Assembly (NCBI GenBank): GCA_965602015.1
Contig: OZ271918.1
Location: 2,560,001 to 2,624,000, forward strand
Direction: 5' to 3'
Source of the DNA: Salinispira sp.
GTDB taxonomy: Bacteria; Spirochaetota; Spirochaetia; DSM-27196; Salinispiraceae
Length of the DNA stretch: 64,000 nt
Shown here: positions 57,590-64,000 of the stretch, piece by piece
Layout of the letters: every line of letters starts with the position of its first letter
Position numbering within the stretch: the stretch's first letter is position 1
The notes under the pieces: model-generated
What the model was told of the DNA's origin: nothing
What the model saw: the letters and a program-made list of their open reading frames with translations, nothing else
Databases searched by the model: none
Program-made: the position numbers and the translations under genes

Positions 57590-58354
57590 TCAGCCGCGGG
57601 TGCCTTCTGATACCAGCAGGTTAAACAGATACTCGCCAAGCAGGGCCAAAGAGACGATTACCAGTGTGCCCGAAAGCACCAGGGCCGAGTTTCGAAGGGT
57701 CAGGCCGCTCATGATTATGGTTCCCAGGCCGCCGGCTCCGATAACCGCCCCGATGGAAGCGGTTCCCAAATTGAGAATATAGGCATGGCGGATCCCGGTC
57801 AGAATGAAGGACCGGGCCTGGGGAAACTCAACCATAAACAGCCGCTGCGTTTCGGTCATACCCATTCCCGTTGCCGCATCGATAATTGCCGGGGAAATGC
57901 TGCTGAATCCCACGATGGTGTTGCCCACTACGGGGAACAGTGAATATAAAAAGAGGGCAAACAGCGTGGGTTCCCACCCGAATCCCAGAAATGGAAAAGC
58001 GAGTATTATGACCGCCGACGGGGGGAAGGTTTGAATAAACGCATTGATTTTTTGAAGAATCGCCTGGAAATCCCGACCCCAGCTTCTGGTAACCACAACC
58101 CCGAGCACCAGGCCGATAAAAACCGAAAGGGCCGTTGCGGCGAGGGTGAGCACCAGGTGGGTGCCCGTCATTTCCAGCAGACTGACCCGGCTGTGCAGGA
58201 AGCTGTCCTCCCCGGGATACAGGGCGGACAGCAGGAACTGCTGCACATCGGGAAATGCAACAAAAACGATGATGAAGATGAGAAGAAACAGGTGCAGTCC
58301 GGCGGCAAGAGGCCCTTTGACCTTACTGGATGCTGATTTTTCGAATACTTTCAT
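57590..58354 (-). CDS. Osmoprotectant ABC permease (YehW-like)
   Basis: QTFPPSAV, DAATGMGM, IGAGGLG. Confidence 0.88.
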   Translation of the reverse strand: MKVFEKSASSKVKGPLAAGLHLFLLIFIIVFVAFPDVQQFLLSALYPGEDSFLHSRVSLLEMTGTHLVLTLAATALSVFIGLVLGVVVTRSWGRDFQAILQKINAFIQTFPPSAVIILAFPFLGFGWEPTLFALFLYSLFPVVGNTIVGFSSISPAIIDAATGMGMTETQRLFMVEFPQARSFILTGIRHAYILNLGTASIGAVIGAGGLGTIIMSGLTLRNSALVLSGTLVIVSLALLGEYLFNLLVSEGTRG

Positions 58355-59390
58355 ATCGCACTTCACCTATCAGGGCGCCGTTCTCATCGACAACCGGAAC
58401 CGCCGGCAGCCCGAGGCTCAGAATCCGGCTCATGCATTCCTTCAGCGAGGAGTAGGCCACCACGCATTGACCCGACATGTCCACCGGTCGTCGGACCTGT
58501 GTTCCGTCTATCAGCGCGACGCCCAGCACTGGTCTTCCTTCGGTGTCGACCGTCCAGTGAACCCTTCCCTCCTCGGCCGGAGCTTCCGCTTCGCCGTAAT
58601 CGGCGCTCGAAAGTGAGCGGTCGGCGGTAAACAGGGTCAGCCGTTTTATGGCCCGGTCTGGTCCGAGAAACTGTTCGACGAACTCGTCGGCGGGATTCGC
58701 CAGGATTGCTTCCGGAGAATCGGCCTGCACCACCCGGCCGGCCTTCATGATAACCAGATGGTCAGCCAGGCGAACCGCCTCTTCAAGATCGTGGGTGACG
58801 AATACCACGGTCTTTTTCAGCTTTCGCTGTATCCTGATAAACTCATCCTGGAGAATTTCCCGGTTCAGCGGATCCACCGCACCGAAGGGCTCATCCATCA
58901 ACAGCACCGGCGGGTCCGCCCCAAGGGCCCGGGCAACGCCGACCCGCTGGCCTTCCCCGCCGCTGAGTTCGTGGGGATATTTGTCCGCATAGATTTCCGG
59001 ATCGAGCTTCACCAGCGAAAGCAATTGCCCACAGCGCTCGTTACGCCTCTGGGGGTCCCAGCCGAGCAAACGGGGAACCAGGGTGACATTCTGGCCGACG
59101 GTCATGTGTGGAATGAGGCCCACGCTTTGAATGGCGTATCCCATCTGCCGGCGCAGTTCGTTGGGATCCTGCTCGAGAATATCGGTTCCCCGGTAACGGA
59201 TGCTGCCTCCGTGGGCCTTCACCAAGCCGTTTATGCTTCTGAGGGTCGTTGACTTGCCGCAGCCGCTTGGACCGATAAAAACCGTCACCCGGTTCTCCGG
59301 AATTTCGAGGCTAATGCCCTCGAGAGCGACGGTGGAACCGTAGCGCACTTCGAGATTCCGGATTGAAATTGCCGTTGTTGCATTATTCAT
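58323..59390 (-). CDS. Osmoprotectant ABC ATP-binding protein (YehX-like)
   Basis: GPSGCGKSTT, LSGGEGQRVG, LMDEPFGAVDP. Confidence 0.92.
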   Translation of the reverse strand: MNNATTAISIRNLEVRYGSTVALEGISLEIPENRVTVFIGPSGCGKSTTLRSINGLVKAHGGSIRYRGTDILEQDPNELRRQMGYAIQSVGLIPHMTVGQNVTLVPRLLGWDPQRRNERCGQLLSLVKLDPEIYADKYPHELSGGEGQRVGVARALGADPPVLLMDEPFGAVDPLNREILQDEFIRIQRKLKKTVVFVTHDLEEAVRLADHLVIMKAGRVVQADSPEAILANPADEFVEQFLGPDRAIKRLTLFTADRSLSSADYGEAEAPAEEGRVHWTVDTEGRPVLGVALIDGTQVRRPVDMSGQCVVAYSSLKECMSRILSLGLPAVPVVDENGALIGEVRYESIRKISIQ

Positions 59391-60564
59391 GTTGCGCTCC
59401 GGGAGTAAGTTGACGCCTCAGAACCGGGGGACTGAGCTGCCAAATCGATATAGATAATAGCTTATCGGAAATGATGGTGAGGGTGATGATGAGGAACATC
59501 CCCAGCAGCACCATGTCGGACGATGCCTGTCCGAGTCCTTCGAAGACAAAAACCCCCAGTCCGTCACCGCCGATAAGCTTCGCGAGGGTCGCATTGCCGA
59601 GGGTCTGAATGAGGGCAACCCTGATGCCGTGGAGAATAACCGGCGTGCTCAGGGGTATGCGGATCAGCCGCCACAGTTGTCGTTCGCTCATCCCCATTCC
59701 CCTGCCGGCGCCGATGACCTTTTTATCAATTGACGACAGGCCGGAAAAACTGTAGCGGATAACCGGATACAGGCCGTACACGCTCAATGCAATAATCGCC
59801 GGAGCGTTGCCGATGCCCCTTATGCCCATCTCGCGTAAGGCGGGCAGGGCCTGAGAGAGGGCCGCGAGGGGGGCGATCATCAAGCCGAAAAGGGCTATGC
59901 TGGGAATGGTCTGTAAAATGTTGATGACGGGAAAAAGCGCCTGGCGGACCGTTTTTTTTGAAAATGCGAGAATCGCCGCGGGTATCCCGATGACACTGCT
60001 GATGCCGACGGATGTCAGGGTAATGCGCAGGTGATTACCGAACTCGAGCAACAGCCTTCGACGCTGGTTTACCGCCTCCATTACTATGCCCAAAGATTGG
60101 AAGCTCCCCCGGGCGGCAAAAAATACGACCGCGGAGGCAATTACCAGCAGACAGGCGGCAATAGCCCCTGAACGCATCCCCGAGGAAATCACCGTCACCA
60201 GCCCGGCGAGAATATACAGGTATACCCCGAAGCCTATGCCCACTCTTCCGATATCACCTATTTGCGAGGCAAAAGCTATTTCGACGGTAGAGAGCACATA
60301 CAGAGCGAGAGCCGTCGGAATGCTGCCCTGGATTATCAGGGCTGGAGCATGGAGGCCGGGGGATGCGGATTGGTAGAGCAGAATGAGGAAGGCCGGAGAG
60401 AGCAAGGCGGGAAGCCAAAACGGGGCTCCCCCCTCAAAGAGGGAAAACGCCGCGGCCGCCGCCACTCTGTTGGGCCGAATGTCGAACCAGGGGAAAATAA
60501 AACTGGCGGCGTAGAGCAGCGCCGCCAGTATGACGATTTTCCTCCGCTGAGCGGACGGATTCAT
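59383..60564 (-). CDS. Osmoprotectant ABC permease (YehY-like)
   Basis: PNRV, QTIPSIALFGLMIAPL, GIRGIGNAPA. Confidence 0.88.
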   Translation of the reverse strand: MNPSAQRRKIVILAALLYAASFIFPWFDIRPNRVAAAAAFSLFEGGAPFWLPALLSPAFLILLYQSASPGLHAPALIIQGSIPTALALYVLSTVEIAFASQIGDIGRVGIGFGVYLYILAGLVTVISSGMRSGAIAACLLVIASAVVFFAARGSFQSLGIVMEAVNQRRRLLLEFGNHLRITLTSVGISSVIGIPAAILAFSKKTVRQALFPVINILQTIPSIALFGLMIAPLAALSQALPALREMGIRGIGNAPAIIALSVYGLYPVIRYSFSGLSSIDKKVIGAGRGMGMSERQLWRLIRIPLSTPVILHGIRVALIQTLGNATLAKLIGGDGLGVFVFEGLGQASSDMVLLGMFLIITLTIISDKLLSISIWQLSPPVLRRQLTPGAQHE

Positions 60565-60567
60565 GAT

Positions 60568-61527
60568 TTACAGAAAGCCGTTGCTGCGCAGGTAATCCTC
60601 GGCGACCGCCCGGGGATCTTCTCCGTTGACCGCAATGCGGGCGTTCAATCCCTGAAGAGTTACCAGATCGAGGCTGAGAAATACCGGTTCGAGTATGTCG
60701 GCGATTTCAGGATAGGCCTCAAGTACAGCGCCTCTGATTCGGGGAGCCGGCTCATACACTATTTGACTGCCCAGCGAGTCGTCCATGACCACCAGGCCGA
60801 GGGCCGCAAGCTGTCCGTCTGTGCCGTAGGCCATGGATGCGTTTACCCCTTCCTCTCCGCTGGCCGCTGCCTGTGCGGTGAGGGCCGTATTTCCGCTCGA
60901 GAATATAAGAAGCTGATCTTCAGCCATCTCAAAGCCGTAGGTCTCTTCGAAAACCTTCAAGCCCGCATTGCCTGACACGAACTCCTCGCTCCCAGCAAGC
61001 TTAACGTCGCCGCCGGCGTTCACGAACTCCGCCAGGTCCTCCAGGGTCGCCAGGTTTTCGGCCTGGGCAAGGTCGGAGCGGAGGGCGATGGCCCAGGTAT
61101 TGTTGGCCGGTGCCGGAGTGAGCCAGAAAATGTCATTGGCTGCATTGTCCAGCTCCTGAACGGCGTTGTACGCGCTCTCGGCCTGACGCCAGATAGCCTC
61201 TTCGGTCTCTCCGGAAAAAAGCCAGAATCCGTTGCCGGTGTATTCGGGATACACATCGATCTCTCCCGCCGTGATTGCTTCCCATACGATTGGCGTGGTT
61301 CCCGTCTGGGTGCGGTCGACCACATCGAATCCGTTTTCCTGCAGCATAAGGACGATAACATTGCCCAAGAGCGCTCCCTCGGTGTCGATCTTCGATCCGA
61401 CGGTTACCGGCCCCTTGAGCTCTTCAGCGGCTTCTCCGCCGCCGCCGGCAAATAGGGGAGATACTAGAGCTGCCGCCAAAATAAAGACCATTGCTGCACG
61501 TCTCACATCATTTTTCCGAAAAATCAT
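60568..61527 (-). CDS. osmF: Osmoprotectant ABC substrate-binding protein (OsmF/YehZ-like)
   Basis: VGSKIDTEGALLG, YPEYTGNG, PAPANNTWAIA, AYGTDG. Confidence 0.9.
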   Translation of the reverse strand: MIFRKNDVRRAAMVFILAAALVSPLFAGGGGEAAEELKGPVTVGSKIDTEGALLGNVIVLMLQENGFDVVDRTQTGTTPIVWEAITAGEIDVYPEYTGNGFWLFSGETEEAIWRQAESAYNAVQELDNAANDIFWLTPAPANNTWAIALRSDLAQAENLATLEDLAEFVNAGGDVKLAGSEEFVSGNAGLKVFEETYGFEMAEDQLLIFSSGNTALTAQAAASGEEGVNASMAYGTDGQLAALGLVVMDDSLGSQIVYEPAPRIRGAVLEAYPEIADILEPVFLSLDLVTLQGLNARIAVNGEDPRAVAEDYLRSNGFL

Positions 61528-61729
61528 TCAAGCCTCCTTGTGACTATAAAAAGAATACTAGGTGGGCAAAAAAAAGGCAAAATAATCACCTGGTGAGTGG
61601 GTCGTTGTATTGCATGGACGGCGCCGGGCAGTTTCCTTCTGCACATGAGGACGGTATATTGCAGATACCGCCTGTATCGATGCGATTAACGGCAGGCGGC
61701 TGATTCTCAGAGAAAGCGAGGTATACGAC

Positions 61730-62743
61730 ATGAAAAATAACAGAGTCGGTAACAGCGGAATGATTGTCAGCGAGTTTACCCTGGGAACCATGCTGTTCGG
61801 CGAGGAAAGCGGCCGGAGCACACCGGAGACTGATGCCATAAGGATGGTTCACGCATACCTCGACAAGGGCGGTAATCACATCGATACGGCTAACGTGTAC
61901 GCCGACGGTCGCAGCGAAGAGATCATCGCAAAAGCTCTTGTTGGAGGCAAGCGGGACCAGGTGAGCATCGCCACCAAGGTGCGATTCGGCGGCTCGCCGG
62001 AAATCGATCTCGGCGGCGGTCTGAGCCGACGGATGATAATCAAGCATGCGGAAGAAAGCCTCCGACGTTTAAACAGCGATGTGATCGACCTCTATTACAT
62101 GCATGGCTGGGACCCGGCCACGCCCATTGATGAAAGCCTGCAGGCCTTCGACGACCTGGTTCGATCGGGAAAGGTGCGGTACATCGGGGTAAGCAACTTC
62201 AAAGCATGGCAGGTAATGCAGGCATTGGGTCTGAGTGGACAAAACGGCTGGGCGAGGATGATTGCCGGTCAGTATCAGTACAGTCTGGTGGTACGGGACA
62301 TAGAGCACGAGTATAAAAGTCTGTTTGAACAGCAGGGCGTGGGCTGTATGCCCTGGGGCCCTCTCGGGGGAGGGTTTCTCTCCGGCAAGTACCGCAGGGA
62401 GCAGGCTCCTGCAGAAGGCAGAATTTCCCAGAGCGGCGAGGACCTTGAAGAATCCTGGGCCCGAAGGGCGACGGAGCGAAACTGGAAGATTCTCGATGCG
62501 GTGGAGCACATAGCCCGGGAGCGAAACGCGACAATTCCCCAAATCTCCCTGGCGTGGCTTAAGGCACAGCCGATGGTCAGCAGCGTCATCATTGGGGCGC
62601 GCACCCTGGCCCAGTTCGAAGATAACATCGGGGCAGCCGACATCACCCTTGACGCCGATGAGCTGGAAACCCTAGACGCGGTCAGCGCATTGCCCGATCT
62701 GTACCCCTACCGAATGATGAAGGCCTATGGGATGGACGGCTAA
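61730..62743 (+). CDS. Aldo/keto reductase
   Basis: LGTMLFG, IDTANVY, IATK, GKVRYIGVSN, WGPLGGGFLSGKY. Confidence 0.94.
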   Translation: MKNNRVGNSGMIVSEFTLGTMLFGEESGRSTPETDAIRMVHAYLDKGGNHIDTANVYADGRSEEIIAKALVGGKRDQVSIATKVRFGGSPEIDLGGGLSRRMIIKHAEESLRRLNSDVIDLYYMHGWDPATPIDESLQAFDDLVRSGKVRYIGVSNFKAWQVMQALGLSGQNGWARMIAGQYQYSLVVRDIEHEYKSLFEQQGVGCMPWGPLGGGFLSGKYRREQAPAEGRISQSGEDLEESWARRATERNWKILDAVEHIARERNATIPQISLAWLKAQPMVSSVIIGARTLAQFEDNIGAADITLDADELETLDAVSALPDLYPYRMMKAYGMDG

Positions 62744-62816
62744 TTACCGGTAGCAAAAAATCCGTCCGCCGGTGTTTATACACAAGATCTTTATTCAGAT
62801 CGTTATTTGGGTGGAC

Positions 62817-63380
62817 ATGATGAAAACATTTATCGGACTGGCGCTTCTGGCAGGACTTGCATTTTTATCCCCGATTTTCGCCGACGGTGAGTCGGAGAAC
62901 TTTCCGGGCAGCGCGATGGTAATGACAGACTGGGCTGACCTGAAGGGATTCAGAGAAATCAGCAATCAAACAAGCGCAGACGTCATTATCCAGCCCAGAG
63001 AAGACTGGAATGTGGAAGTCACCGGACCGGAAGCCCAGCTGGGGCGATTGGGCATCGCGGTACGGTGCGACGCCCTTATCATCATGAAAAAATCCGGACT
63101 TGCAGGCACCGGCTGGTTAGACGACATCCGAATATCCATTTCACTTCCAGAACTTCGCTCGCTTCGAGTCAACGATTCTGGAGACGCCACCGTACAGAAG
63201 GTCATTGAAACTGAACATCTTACTCTGCACACAAACGGATCGGGTAACATCATCGCCCAAGCCCGGAGCGAGTCGCTTGCCGCAAGGACCAGCGGCAGCG
63301 GCAATCTTACTTACCTGGGGACTCCAGATGAAATCCTCAGCCGGGAAACCGGAAGCGGGCGGGTGCGAAACGCCGAGTAA
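62817..63380 (+). CDS. Exported DUF2807 (GIN-domain) protein
   Basis: Signal peptide; repeated (D/G)SGD/GSGN units, YLGTP. Confidence 0.78.
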   Translation: MMKTFIGLALLAGLAFLSPIFADGESENFPGSAMVMTDWADLKGFREISNQTSADVIIQPREDWNVEVTGPEAQLGRLGIAVRCDALIIMKKSGLAGTGWLDDIRISISLPELRSLRVNDSGDATVQKVIETEHLTLHTNGSGNIIAQARSESLAARTSGSGNLTYLGTPDEILSRETGSGRVRNAE

Positions 63381-63382
63381 GG

Positions 63383-64000
63383 TTAGTTGCTCACCACCGG
63401 CGCACGGCGAACGTACTCGGACTGCTCGAGTTCCCGAAGCATTGCCTGCGAAAGATCTCCACGGCTGAGTTTGGGAGCGGTACCCTTTCCAAGATATCCG
63501 TAGCGGACTGGTTTTTTTCCTGCCGGCTCGTCGGTGAGCATGGGAATTCTGACCATAGTCCAATCAATATCGTTCGCGCTTCTAATAAGTCCCGCGGTTT
63601 TTACCCCATCTTCCCACGCGGACTTTGCAATGAGCCTGATGAGGCCGCCCATTAAAGACCCCACAAAGGTCTTACCGTCGTGCTCATCACCCACCCCGGC
63701 TCCGGCGGACATAACCAGGGGCTTCACCCCGTGTTTTTTCATTCCTTCAATGACATTTTGCATTGAGCGGTAAAAAGTCAGGGGCTGGGCCTTCGGATTC
63801 ACTCCGAGCAGGCTGATAACCGCATCACATCCCTCAATGGCAGAGACCACATCATCGCTGTGAAGTGCATCGCCTTGGGTGATGCGCAAATTGGGGTGAT
63901 CAAAACCGATTTTCTCAGGGTTTCGGGCAAAAGCTTGAACTTTATGCCCCTGTTCGAGGGCATCCTTGAGAAGCAGCAATCCGGTTTTACCGGTTGAGCC
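63383..64000 (-). CDS. NAD(P)H-binding flavin-reductase-like protein, partial (start beyond window end)
   Basis: GSTGKTG, FARNPEK, QGDAL, DWTMVR, LSRGDL. Confidence 0.88.
   Translation of the reverse strand, partial: GSTGKTGLLLLKDALEQGHKVQAFARNPEKIGFDHPNLRITQGDALHSDDVVSAIEGCDAVISLLGVNPKAQPLTFYRSMQNVIEGMKKHGVKPLVMSAGAGVGDEHDGKTFVGSLMGGLIRLIAKSAWEDGVKTAGLIRSANDIDWTMVRIPMLTDEPAGKKPVRYGYLGKGTAPKLSRGDLSQAMLRELEQSEYVRRAPVVSN

Noticed and set aside
1..64000. CRISPR array, cas genes, rRNA, prophage
   Set aside because: No regularly spaced repeats, no cas or phage structural genes and no rRNA-like sequence noticed.

Overview
This is a bacterial chromosome segment, most likely from a free-living Spirochaetaceae. 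That call is inference from spirochaete-type OmpA/FlgD-Ig lipoproteins, '...FA-GG-E'-type solute-binding-protein N-termini and conserved hypotheticals. Positions 1-27.6 kb are mostly GC-rich core genes: cmoAB, glnS, mnmD, an orphan DNA methyltransferase, DUF368, a ROK kinase, an aminopeptidase, MoxR/DUF58/transglutaminase, OppA and an M23 peptidase. This block ends in a tRNA(CAU), probably Ile2, followed by a 195-bp element bounded by duplicated tRNA 3' ends. Accessory DNA follows: an ABC exporter plus NarL-type two-component system with ATGACA-N2-TGTCAT boxes, a lipoprotein pullulanase, a CHASE-GGDEF cyclase and an opp operon. After that come a decayed region (IS629-like IS3 element, MITE-like element, several pseudogenes) and an osmoprotectant ABC operon. 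The best candidate for an undescribed system is an AT-rich three-gene operon (36924-39242, minus strand). It encodes a cysteine-less gasdermin-like protein, an exported protein and a 4-TM protein, with no recognisable protease. The second candidate (288-1694) is an Asp-rich unknown protein ending in Trp-Trp, paired with a 6-TM LuxR-type regulator and preceded by 14-bp direct repeats, which could be a signal-synthase/receptor pair. All family calls come from motif recognition by eye; no searches were run.
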